Shown here in pieces: positions 25,032 through 33,218 of a stretch of DNA of 35,931 bases; within the stretch, counting starts at the first letter, position 1, and every line of letters begins with the position of its first letter. Both the position numbers and the translations under genes were made by a program. Source of the DNA: a bacterium. GTDB lineage: Bacteria; Armatimonadota; HRBIN16. Location: positions 1 through 35,931 of the forward strand of contig JANWXG010000003.1 of the NCBI GenBank assembly GCA_025057335.1. Reading direction: 5' to 3'. The notes below the pieces were generated by a model, which was not told where the DNA came from, did no database searches, and saw only the letters and a program-made list of their open reading frames with translations.

Positions 25032-25705
25032 GGGTCACCGCGATTATCCCCGCGTATAACGAGGAGACACGCTTGCCTCGTGTCCTGGAGGCGGTGTGCG
25101 CCGCTTCTCTGGTGGATGACATCGTGGTAGTGAGTGACGGCTCCAACGATGGCACCTACGAGGTGGCGCGTGCCTTTGACGGCGTGTATGCCCTGCAGCT
25201 GCCCCAGAACGTCGGCAAAGGGGGAGCCATGCACGCGGGGGCTTGCTACACCCAGTCGCCCGTACTGGTGTTCTTGGACGCAGACCTCGTTGGACTGACC
25301 CCCGAACACGTGGACAGCCTGGTGCGCCCCGTGCGCTGTGGCGAGGCAGATATGACCCTGGGCATCTTTCGGCGAGGCAGGCGTGCCACTGACCTCGCGC
25401 AGCGATTGTTTCCCTTCGTGAGCGGACAACGCGCCATCCGACGGGAACTGTTCCTACAGGTGCCCAACGTCCAGTATGCCCGCTTCGGCGTGGAAACGCA
25501 AATCACCCGTTGGGCAAAGCGCCAACGGTGGAAGGTGTTGTACGTGCCCCTGATAGGCGTCACCCACCCGATGAAGGAGGAGAAGCTGGGACGATGGCGC
25601 GGCACCGTGGCGCGCCTGAGAATGTACGCCGACATCGCGCGCATCCTGCTGGACGGTCGTGCCCCTCGCTCCTCCAAGCGGGTATTTCGGCTCAGGAATA
25701 GGTAG
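25028..25705 (+). CDS. Family 2 glycosyltransferase
   Basis: VTAIIPAYNEE, VVSDGSNDGT and FLDADL (DxD) motifs. The start overlaps the M48 stop (ATGA). Confidence 0.85.
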   Translation: MRVTAIIPAYNEETRLPRVLEAVCAASLVDDIVVVSDGSNDGTYEVARAFDGVYALQLPQNVGKGGAMHAGACYTQSPVLVFLDADLVGLTPEHVDSLVRPVRCGEADMTLGIFRRGRRATDLAQRLFPFVSGQRAIRRELFLQVPNVQYARFGVETQITRWAKRQRWKVLYVPLIGVTHPMKEEKLGRWRGTVARLRMYADIARILLDGRAPRSSKRVFRLRNR

Positions 25706-25738
25706 TGTGGGGCGTCCATCCGCCGACGCACGTTAGAC

Positions 25739-27526
25739 CTACATTCCCGTTATCCTGCGCAGTTGGCGCAGGGAGGCTCCTAAAACGCCTGGGGAGCGCG
25801 AGGCATCTCCCAAGCGGCGCAGCAAGCGGGCGAGCCAGCTGCCCCGGCTGAGCCCGATGGTGGTCATCGCCGCGCGGAGTTCTTGCTCGGAGAGCTGGTA
25901 GTCTAAGTCTCCCTGTAACACCGCCGTCTGAAACCAGCACTCAAACAGGAAAACGTCCCCCACCCTGCCTTTGCGCAATTGGGCAGGTAGGCGGTTCAAC
26001 AGAGGACGAGGCAGGTTCCACTCGCCGCGACGATTGAGCAGTTCGGTGCCGAAGAAATCGCTGACCTTCTGCACCAAATACAGCATTCCCCGGTCTGCCA
26101 CCAAGTCCAGAGGCAACGGCACCCCCACGTCCCACTCGAGGTCGATGACGGTGACCTCACCGCTGGCTTCGTTGAGCAGACAGTTGCGCGGCGTCAAGTC
26201 CAGACAGTTTGGGGGAAGCCACTGACTGTTAGCGGGGTAGAGAGCACGTCCGAGCCGCAACGTGCAGAACCGGGCGAACTGCTCGTCGTAGTCGTGGTAC
26301 CCTTCTGGTAGCACCCGCGCCAGCAGGGTCGCATACCATCGGAGCAGAGCAGAAGCTGCCTCTGCATAGCGTTTGTGCCAGAGGCAGTCGATGAACAGAT
26401 GCTCGAGGTTTTTGAGGTGCTGATGGTATGGCTCCGTGAGGTCGCAATGCAAAGCAAGAGGGGCGGGACGGTTCATCCACTCCCCTCGGGCGGTCATCAC
26501 GGTGATGTGGTCGCCTTCTTTCACGAAGAACTTTGTCTGGCGAAAGGCGGGAGCACACAGGGTACGCATCTTCACCGCCAGAACCGACGTCCATTCCTGC
26601 GGCAAGGGCTGGCGCGAAGCGATGACAAGGAAAGAGTTCATAAACGCCGAGGGAGGCGCGTTTCTGGCGACCATACGCAGGAACTCGCGCTCGTTGAACA
26701 GCGGGCGCTGACGCAGCGAATAGTCCACAGTGGGTAGGTTCAACAAGGTCAGCCAGTCGAAGCCAGGTTCGCTGAAACTGCGTTCCGCCAGAACCACCTC
26801 GGGCATTTTGTAGTCGGGGAAGGGATAGAACCAGATGTGGTGAAGGAGCCCCGCGTCCTCCAGCTTGCTCTGGAGCAGACCTCTGTCGAAAGTGCGGATA
26901 CCGTTGTAGTCGGGATAGCCGGAAACCCCCTCGAAGGGAACGCCGTAGTGGTCTTCGCGATAGCCTGCCAGATACTTGTGCCCAATGGGGTTCTCGATAG
27001 CGACCACCAGCCTCCCGTTGGGACGCAGCCAGCTGCTCAATAGGTGTAGCAGATGGGAGGCAGCATCGGGATGGGCGATGTATCTGCCCGCGTATTCCAG
27101 CACCCCAATTAGCAGAATCACGTCGAACGGTTCAGACGGAGAGTAGTCCTCGATGTTGGCAGTTACCACCTCGAGGTGCGAAGCATGTCGGCAGCGCAGG
27201 CGAATGAGCTCGGCGCGCTGGGGCGCTCCCTCTACCGCCACAATCCGCTGGACGACGGGCAGGCGGCACAGGTACGAGGTAATCGCGCCACAGCCAGCAC
27301 CGACCTCCAGTACGTGTAGCCCGTCTCGCACCGCAGGCAACCAGCTAATGATGTTAGCGCGGGCGGGAGAGAGATGATAGGAGAGAGGCCACCAGTTGTA
27401 CGTCGTCCATGCGCGCTGCTCCTCGAAGTCCTCCTGACGGAACAGCGTGTACAACAGGGCCTCTGTACCGTCTGCGTAGTCGAAACGCGCCTCGGCTTGG
27501 AGCGCCTGCACCCCGGTTCTTGTCAT
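25739..27526 (-). CDS. Bifunctional-type protein: N-terminal class I SAM methyltransferase fused to a C-terminal protein-kinase-like (APH/WbdD-like) domain
   Basis: SAM motif I LEVGAGCGAI (about 27287-27310). The C-terminal half has a kinase-type catalytic loop CLDLTPRNCLL followed by VIDLEWD (26141-26200). ATG at 27526 is 6 nt after GGGGAG. The track start at 27607 is an extension. Confidence 0.75.
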   Translation of the reverse strand: MTRTGVQALQAEARFDYADGTEALLYTLFRQEDFEEQRAWTTYNWWPLSYHLSPARANIISWLPAVRDGLHVLEVGAGCGAITSYLCRLPVVQRIVAVEGAPQRAELIRLRCRHASHLEVVTANIEDYSPSEPFDVILLIGVLEYAGRYIAHPDAASHLLHLLSSWLRPNGRLVVAIENPIGHKYLAGYREDHYGVPFEGVSGYPDYNGIRTFDRGLLQSKLEDAGLLHHIWFYPFPDYKMPEVVLAERSFSEPGFDWLTLLNLPTVDYSLRQRPLFNEREFLRMVARNAPPSAFMNSFLVIASRQPLPQEWTSVLAVKMRTLCAPAFRQTKFFVKEGDHITVMTARGEWMNRPAPLALHCDLTEPYHQHLKNLEHLFIDCLWHKRYAEAASALLRWYATLLARVLPEGYHDYDEQFARFCTLRLGRALYPANSQWLPPNCLDLTPRNCLLNEASGEVTVIDLEWDVGVPLPLDLVADRGMLYLVQKVSDFFGTELLNRRGEWNLPRPLLNRLPAQLRKGRVGDVFLFECWFQTAVLQGDLDYQLSEQELRAAMTTIGLSRGSWLARLLRRLGDASRSPGVLGASLRQLRRITGM

Positions 27527-27718
27527 CTGCTTCTCCCCAGCTGCTCCAGAATCCATCGGAACGGTTCCCCACCAGCAGAGAACCATTGTTGATGACGCAC
27601 GAAGCACAGGTACGGGTTCAACACGGCGTGGCAGGTTTTTTCGGGCAATATATCGCTTCTGCTACCACAGTTTGCTTCATCCTGGGAGAAAAAATCTTTG
27701 GAAAAGTGCAAAAACCTG

Positions 27719-27747
27719 TTGACACATGCAGGCGGTTGTTCTATAGT
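27719..27747 (+). promoter_or_regulatory. Near-consensus sigma-70 promoter (TTGACA-17 nt-TATAGT) with upstream A-tracts
   Basis: TTGACA at 27719-27724 and TATAGT at 27742-27747. A-tracts at 27689-27694, 27702-27705 and 27710-27714 resemble an UP element. Confidence 0.6.
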
Positions 27748-27872
27748 AAATATCAGCAAAGTTACGGGGGATACCGTACGCTACGAAGCCTTGCGCTTCA
27801 GCAAGAACCCTCGACTTTGCAGGCAGCTTCAACCAGATATAGCAAAAACAGAACGGTCGGGAGGCAAGCAGG

Positions 27873-28517
27873 ATGATTTCATCTCGCTATGACGACGGAA
27901 GCCTGCGCTTCCAGAACATGCAGGATGAGGAAGTCGTCGTCTACGCGAAATGCGGTAGTCAGCAAGCGACAGAGCATCTGCTTGCGAAGTACCGCGGTAT
28001 GGTGGAAAGCAAGGCACGCTCTTACTTCCTCATGGGAGCCGACCACGAAGACGTGGTGCAGGAGGGGATGATTGGGCTGTTCAAAGCCATCCGCGACTTC
28101 CGTGAGGACAAGTTGAGCAAGTTCCGCCCCTTTGCTGAACTGTGTGTCACCCGCCAGATTATCACGGCGGTGAAGATGGCCACTCGCCAGAAGCATGCCC
28201 CGCTCAACGCGTACATCTCCCTGAACCGTCCCCTCAACGATGAAGACAACGACTCGACACTGCTGGAAATCATTCCCGACGAAAGCGTAGCAGACCCCGC
28301 CACGGTAGTGGTAGACCAGCGACAACCTCGCAACCTCCTAGAGATGCTTAACGGACACTTGAGCAACCTGGAGGCACGAGTGCTGGAATGCTACCTGGAG
28401 GGGATGTCCTACCGCGAGATGTCCAAAGTGCTCGGCTGCCGTCCCAAGTCTATTGATAACGCCTTACAGCGCGTGAAGCGCAAAGTGAGCATCCTCTTTA
28501 AGGAAGAGGAGGAGTAG
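27873..28517 (+). CDS. sigH: RNA polymerase sigma factor SigH (Spo0H-type)
   Basis: Long blocks close to Bacillus SigH as I recall it: KARSYFLMGADHEDVVQEGMIGLFKAIRDFREDKLSKFRPFAELCVTRQIITAVKMATRQKHAPLNAY and KSIDNALQRVKRK. Confidence 0.9.
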   Translation: MISSRYDDGSLRFQNMQDEEVVVYAKCGSQQATEHLLAKYRGMVESKARSYFLMGADHEDVVQEGMIGLFKAIRDFREDKLSKFRPFAELCVTRQIITAVKMATRQKHAPLNAYISLNRPLNDEDNDSTLLEIIPDESVADPATVVVDQRQPRNLLEMLNGHLSNLEARVLECYLEGMSYREMSKVLGCRPKSIDNALQRVKRKVSILFKEEEE

Positions 28518-28523
28518 CCTGTC

Positions 28524-28554
28524 ACCGCCGCGGCAAAAACCGCGGCGGTTTCTC
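28524..28554. terminator. Rho-independent terminator between convergent sigH and mutY
   Basis: ACCGCCGCGG-CAAAAA-CCGCGGCGGT (perfect 10-bp stem) followed by TTTCT. The A-rich loop side gives partial U-tract potential on the other strand too. Confidence 0.7.
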
Positions 28555-28557
28555 CTC

Positions 28558-29616
28558 TCAGAGCTTGTTCAGCAGACGCCGCATGGGCGAGGGAAGAGGT
28601 AGCCGTTTCGCCTCCTGTGCAGTAACCCAGCGTATCGCCTCCCCTGCAGGAGGTGGCTGCTCGTGTAAGCGAGTGCGCAGAGCGTGCAGAGTCACCGAGT
28701 AGTGCATCAGCCCATGCCGTACGGTCGCTGCCGGCTCCCAGCCATCCAATTGCACTCCCACCATGTTCGCTGCGCGTTGCGCGGCTTGCTCTAGCGTCTC
28801 CCCTTCCATCACGCGCACGCGCGGAAACTCCCATAAGCCTCGCCATAGCTGACCATCCATCCGCTTCACCATGAGCCAGCGGTGACGATGCTCGATAACC
28901 ACACAAACGTCGTGTACCTTCTCTGTAGCGCGTCGGGGAGGACGCACCGGCAGCTCGTTCTGACGCCCTTGCTGGAACGCCCGACACTCGCCTGCGAGAG
29001 GGCAGATTAAGCAACGTGGGGCGCGCGCCGTGCAAACCAGCGCGCCTAGGTCCATGAGCGCCTGGTTGAACTCGCCAGGCGCGTGCTCGGGTAGGATTTG
29101 GCGACAGGCTTCTCCCAGCAGCCTGCGGCTGGAGGTTAGCAAGATGTCTCCCTCGAAGGCGAGCAGGCGGGCAAGAATGCGGTAGCTGTTCGAGTCCAGC
29201 GCAGGCTCGGGCTTGCCGCAGGCGATGCTGACCACCGCTCCGGCAGTATACTCTCCAACGCCCGGCAGTCGGCTCAGGGCGTCGGCACGGCAGGGAACGG
29301 AGCCGTTATGTCGTCGCAGTATCTGCTGGGCAGCGCGATGCAGGTTACGCGCTCGGGTGTAGTAACCCAACCCCGCCCAGTAGCGCAATACCTCCTCCTC
29401 GTCCGCCTGAGCGAGGTCGCTGATTGTCGGAAAGCGCTGCAGAAAACGCTGCAAGTAGGGCAGCACAGTCTCTACTTGCGTCTGCTGTAACATCGTGGCG
29501 GCAACGAGCAGGTGGTACGGGTCGGCGTTACCATGCCAGGGCATTGGGCGCGCATTCCCCTTGTACCACTCCAGCAGTCGCTGCGGAATGGCTTCAATCT
29601 GCTCTGGTGTCCACAT
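28558..29616 (-). CDS. mutY: A/G-specific adenine DNA glycosylase MutY
   Basis: HhH-GPD core (LPGVGEYTAGAV), the 4Fe-4S loop C..(x6)C..C..(x5)C (CTARAPRCLICPLAGEC), and a C-terminal NUDIX-like domain. Confidence 0.9.
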   Translation of the reverse strand: MWTPEQIEAIPQRLLEWYKGNARPMPWHGNADPYHLLVAATMLQQTQVETVLPYLQRFLQRFPTISDLAQADEEEVLRYWAGLGYYTRARNLHRAAQQILRRHNGSVPCRADALSRLPGVGEYTAGAVVSIACGKPEPALDSNSYRILARLLAFEGDILLTSSRRLLGEACRQILPEHAPGEFNQALMDLGALVCTARAPRCLICPLAGECRAFQQGRQNELPVRPPRRATEKVHDVCVVIEHRHRWLMVKRMDGQLWRGLWEFPRVRVMEGETLEQAAQRAANMVGVQLDGWEPAATVRHGLMHYSVTLHALRTRLHEQPPPAGEAIRWVTAQEAKRLPLPSPMRRLLNKL

Positions 29617-29626
29617 AGGCTGGTGG

Positions 29627-30370
29627 CTACCCTCCGAAGATGCTACGCAGGCTCAGCCCAGCGTCTCCACTGATAGTGAAGCCGGGGAAGTACCGACGTA
29701 GGTCGTATTTGTCGAGCAGCTGCTGCAGCTCGAGGTTCGCCTGCAGGATTTGCGCGTCCACGTCGGTGGAAGCAGTGCCCTGCATCTGCGACAGCACCTG
29801 CAGAGCCGTATTGGGGTCGGTCTGTGCCTGCTGCAGCGCTAGGTAGATTTTGGTCATATAGGCGATGGTGGAAGCTAGCATCTTGCGGTAGCTCTCATGC
29901 AGAGGCTGGCAGGCAGGTGGAGGCTGCTTTGCCTCGAAGAGCTGACTGAGCTGAGACCAGCGCTGGGAGTAATCCTGCGGCGTTTGCTGCACTGCGCTCA
30001 TGCGCTGCTGAAACTCCTGCTCGTCGATGGTGGCGCGCATCGCCACAGCGTTCACGAAGGCGTTCAGCGCGGGAGTCAGGTCGCGCTGCATCGCCTGTCG
30101 TTGCGTCTCGATGCGCTGCAGGTGCTTCAGATAGTCGATGATGTCGTCTGGGGGGCGCTGGGGTTGCTCTTGCGGCTGGGGTGGTGCCTCCGCCTCCGCA
30201 CGAAGCATGTTCGTGTCGGGAAGCTGCGGAGCGGGAGCAAGCAACACGTTGCCTCCTGGGGGCGCACTCGCCTCCCGATGCGTCACGGGGAAGAAGTGGC
30301 GCCCTAGCAAGATACCCGCCACCAATAGCACGAGCACCCCTGCAGCAATGAAAACTGGTTTACGATTCAC
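29627..30370 (-). CDS. Hypothetical membrane-anchored protein (247 aa), Q-rich helical
   Basis: N-terminal TM helix (VFIAAGVLVLLVAGILLG), then a Pro/Gln linker and a helical domain. Its stop is 10 nt upstream of the mutY start, so the two are probably co-transcribed. Confidence 0.55.
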   Translation of the reverse strand: MNRKPVFIAAGVLVLLVAGILLGRHFFPVTHREASAPPGGNVLLAPAPQLPDTNMLRAEAEAPPQPQEQPQRPPDDIIDYLKHLQRIETQRQAMQRDLTPALNAFVNAVAMRATIDEQEFQQRMSAVQQTPQDYSQRWSQLSQLFEAKQPPPACQPLHESYRKMLASTIAYMTKIYLALQQAQTDPNTALQVLSQMQGTASTDVDAQILQANLELQQLLDKYDLRRYFPGFTISGDAGLSLRSIFGG

Positions 30371-30447
30371 GTCGTATCACCATCCTTCCGACTATCCAGA
30401 CGAAATCCAGCCCCGCAAAGTTCCCACTAGCTCAATGTAGCGCCGAT

Positions 30448-31377
30448 TCATCGGGAGCGCAACAGTGATTTTGCTGGAATTACCTCTTCCACAGTGGAGC
30501 GTGTAGCAAGCCACACACCTGTCAATACCATCGCAGCACCGAGCGCGGTGTAGATGCCAAGCGGCTCCTTCAGCCATAACACTCCCATGAGCGTACCAAC
30601 CACCGGCTGCACAAAGATGAACACCCCCATATTGCCCACGTGATGACGCTCCATCAGCACAAACCACACGGCGTAGCAGAAGGCGCTATTGACCGCTCCC
30701 AGATACAGCACCGCGCCCAACGCGGACACAGAGGGAACGGTCGGCGCGCTCGTCCAGAACAGGTATGCAGGCAGCGCGAGCGCTATCGTCGCCCCTACAC
30801 TTTCCCAGAACAGCACCACGATGCCGCTATGTCGTCGCGTGAGACCGCGCGACAACACCGTGCCCGTCCCCTCTATCAATACCGACGCCGCTACTAGCAG
30901 GTTTCCCCACAGCGTGCTGCCCTGATGTAGCGGGGGAAGCAGCCCGCGATTGATAAGGAGATACGCGCCCACAAAGCCGAGTATCATCCCCCAAGCCGCC
31001 TGTCGCGTCATCCTCTCGCGCAATAGGAGGGCAGACATGAGCGCCATCACCAATGGCTCGCCCGCCAACAGCAGGGTCGCGTCGACCGCGGTCGTGTATT
31101 TCAACCCGACGAAAACCAAGATATGCACCAGCCCTAGAGCGGTCGCTCCTAAAGCCAGCGCACGCAGCAGGTCAGCGCGAGGGAGGCTCAGCGGAACGCG
31201 CAGCACGAAGCGGGCAAAAAGGGGCAACAGTAGCATGGCGATAGCCCACCGCGCCCACGCCAGCGTCACCGAGGGCACGCCCCCCTGTATGGCGAACCTC
31301 GCCATCGGATACGCGGCTGCCCACAAGACGTTGATGAAGAACAGCAGCGCAGCGTCAAGCACAGCGAGGCTCCACAA
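30448..31377 (-). CDS. DMT-superfamily (EamA-like) transporter
   Basis: About 10 TM helices in two EamA-like halves. The start (TTG at 31377) is uncertain and overlaps the ygfZ stop by 23 nt. Confidence 0.8.
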   Translation of the reverse strand: MWSLAVLDAALLFFINVLWAAAYPMARFAIQGGVPSVTLAWARWAIAMLLLPLFARFVLRVPLSLPRADLLRALALGATALGLVHILVFVGLKYTTAVDATLLLAGEPLVMALMSALLLRERMTRQAAWGMILGFVGAYLLINRGLLPPLHQGSTLWGNLLVAASVLIEGTGTVLSRGLTRRHSGIVVLFWESVGATIALALPAYLFWTSAPTVPSVSALGAVLYLGAVNSAFCYAVWFVLMERHHVGNMGVFIFVQPVVGTLMGVLWLKEPLGIYTALGAAMVLTGVWLATRSTVEEVIPAKSLLRSR

Positions 31378-32407
31378 ACGGCAAGGGGGTGACCTGCGCC
31401 TCTACGGGTGAGGGATCCTGCTGTACCATCACCTTCGTGCCAGGAGCAACATACTCGTTGCGCAGGTAGCCCAGCGCGATGACCACTCCCAGAGAGAGGG
31501 AACGCACCGCGCTGGTGACCCAGCCAGCATCTCGACGCTCCCCTACGCTGATAGGGGCACGATGCGGCGGCAGCGTTTCGCCGAACAGGCGCAACCCGAC
31601 CAGCGAGCGGTTGGTATGCCCCCGCGAGTAGATACGGTGGATGACCTCCTGCCCAGTGTAGCAGCCTTTGGTGAAACTGATGGCGCGTTCGCCCAGCCCT
31701 GCCTCTAAGGGGATAGTGTTCTCGTCCATGTCGATACCGAACAGAGGGATTCCTGCCTCCACACGCCGGATGTGGAACGCCTCGTAGCCGATGGGCTGCG
31801 CACCCGCCTCTTGCAGCGCCTCCCACAACTGCTCTGTGCTCTCCACCGGAGCCAGCAGGTCGTAGCCTGGCTCGCCGCAGCGGTCAGTGCGCAACAGGTG
31901 TAGGGTTTGACCTTGCCACTGCAGGGTTTTGCCTTGCCAGAGGGGAAGCGGCTGCGTGATGCCCCAACTGGTCAGGCAGGCAGCGGAGCGCGCCCCCGTC
32001 ACATGCAGAAGGGCATGACTCCCACTAACGTCCTCTACCTCCACATCCTCCAAGATAACGAACTGTTCTAGCCGTCGATGCACCAGAGGGTGCCTATGGG
32101 GAGGTGTGATAATCCAAATGGCGTCTTCTGTCGAGAACAGCACCATATCCGAGAGCATCTGCCCTGTCGGTTTCAGCAGGCAGGAGAGCGTCGCTCGCCC
32201 CGCCTCTTGCAGGGGAAGCACGTCCTGGCTGAGTTGTCCTTGCAGGTAGGTGAGGCGGTCGTCTCCACGAACCCGTATCATGCCCAGCGTGCTCATGTCG
32301 AGCACCGCTGCGCCTTCACGGAGAACTCGGTATTCTGCCTCCACCTCAGTATACGAGGCAGGCGTGTTGCTACCGAACCAGTCGCGGGGGGACACGACGA
32401 GAGTCAT
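31355..32407 (-). CDS. ygfZ: Folate-binding YgfZ / GcvT-like aminomethyltransferase family protein
   Basis: Family signature FTKGCYTGQEVIHRI (KGCYxGQE). ATG at 32407 is 7 nt after GAGGAG. The track start is 32422 (TTG). Confidence 0.8.
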   Translation of the reverse strand: MTLVVSPRDWFGSNTPASYTEVEAEYRVLREGAAVLDMSTLGMIRVRGDDRLTYLQGQLSQDVLPLQEAGRATLSCLLKPTGQMLSDMVLFSTEDAIWIITPPHRHPLVHRRLEQFVILEDVEVEDVSGSHALLHVTGARSAACLTSWGITQPLPLWQGKTLQWQGQTLHLLRTDRCGEPGYDLLAPVESTEQLWEALQEAGAQPIGYEAFHIRRVEAGIPLFGIDMDENTIPLEAGLGERAISFTKGCYTGQEVIHRIYSRGHTNRSLVGLRLFGETLPPHRAPISVGERRDAGWVTSAVRSLSLGVVIALGYLRNEYVAPGTKVMVQQDPSPVEAQVTPLPFVEPRCA

Positions 32408-32489
32408 GGAACCGCTCCTCAAGAAAATTGCCCCGTGCTAAGGCGGGGCAACTAGACAGTATGATTCCCTGAATCGAACGGTCAACCCA

Positions 32490-32575
32490 TGGTGCCGGAG
32501 GGGGGACTCGAACCCCCACGCCTGTGCGGCACCCGCTTTTGAGGCGGGCGCGTCTACCGATTCCGCCACTCCGGC
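32490..32575 (-). tRNA. tRNA-Leu (anticodon CAA), CCA encoded
   Basis: The reverse complement folds as acceptor GCCGGAG/CTCCGGC, anticodon stem CCCGC/GCGGG with loop CTCAAAA, a long variable arm, T arm GGGGG-TTCGAGT-CCCCC, and a 3' ACCA. Confidence 0.92.
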
Positions 32576-32592
32576 GGGACAACACTAAGTAG

Positions 32593-32622
32593 AGTATAAA
32601 CTAGCACCTGTCTGGATGTCAA
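32593..32622 (-). promoter_or_regulatory. Near-consensus sigma-70 promoter for tRNA-Leu (TTGACA-18 nt-TATACT on the minus strand)
   Basis: The reverse complement reads TTGACA (32622-32617), an 18-nt spacer, then TATACT (32598-32593). The -10 ends about 17 nt upstream of the mature tRNA 5' end. Confidence 0.6.
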
Positions 32623-32676
32623 GAGCGCGAGAAGAGGTTCCTACTCCTCTGCTTTGCAAACATCCCTTTCTAGCCA

Positions 32677-32705
32677 TTGACAACCCGTCCGTCGCATGAT
32701 ACGAT
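32677..32705 (+). promoter_or_regulatory. Sigma-70 promoter candidate (TTGACA-17 nt-TACGAT with a TG extended -10)
   Basis: TTGACA at 32677-32682 and TGATACGAT ending at 32705. Divergent from the tRNA-Leu promoter. Confidence 0.45.
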
Positions 32706-32782
32706 TCCTCTCAGATAGCACCATCTGTTGATACTTCTTGCTCTGCCCGTAGGTCGTGAGCGGTGGAGAGGAGGGAAGCGCC

Positions 32783-33079
32783 ATGAAAATGCTCATGATT
32801 GTTTGCGAGACGGGCATTGACTACCGCGTGGTCAAGGTGCTAGACGAGGTACACGTGCCGGGCTACACTCGCTACTCTGGAGTATCCGGCGTGGGAGAAA
32901 CGGGCAGACGGCTCGGTTCGCCGATTATGCCCGGACAAAACACCGTCTTCCTCAGCGTGATGACGGAGGACATGGCGCAACTGGTTGCGGAGAAACTTCG
33001 CCAGCTGGTGGACAGCTTTGAGGAACGTCGCAAGCCTGCTCTCCGCGTGTTCGCGATGCCTGCTGAGGTGCTGCTATAG
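32783..33079 (+). CDS. Small P-II-like (ferredoxin-like fold) protein, possibly PG0541-family-like
   Basis: ATG at 32783 lies 4 nt after GGAGAGGAGGGAAG. The predicted secondary-structure pattern is beta-alpha-beta-loop-beta-alpha-beta (MLMIVCE / DYRVVKVLDEV / GYTRYSGVSGVGETG...). The family call rests on recalled similarity and is not verified. Confidence 0.55.
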   Translation: MKMLMIVCETGIDYRVVKVLDEVHVPGYTRYSGVSGVGETGRRLGSPIMPGQNTVFLSVMTEDMAQLVAEKLRQLVDSFEERRKPALRVFAMPAEVLL

Positions 33080-33098
33080 TCTGTGATGTGACCCTTTG

Positions 33099-33132
33099 AG
33101 CGGCTCTTCTCGCGCGAGAAGAGCCGCTTTTC
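33099..33132. terminator. Rho-independent terminator between convergent genes
   Basis: AGCGGCTCTTCTCG-CG-CGAGAAGAGCCGCT (14-nt complementary arms) followed by TTTTC. Confidence 0.8.
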
Positions 33133-33218
33133 ACACACTATAGCCTGCTCCGACATCCCGAAGAGGCTCACGAGAAGGTATTCACCTACCACGCCTGTTG
33201 CGCGTAAGTCTGCTCGGG

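Noticed and set aside
28409-29035. 208-aa minus-strand ORF
   Set aside because: It is an alternate frame within mutY and the sigH 3' end, and is Arg/Ala/Ser-rich. The MutY frame has the HhH and Fe-S motifs.
31266-31826. 186-aa minus-strand ORF
   Set aside because: It is an alternate frame of ygfZ, which carries the KGCYxGQE signature, with Gly/Arg/Ala-rich composition.
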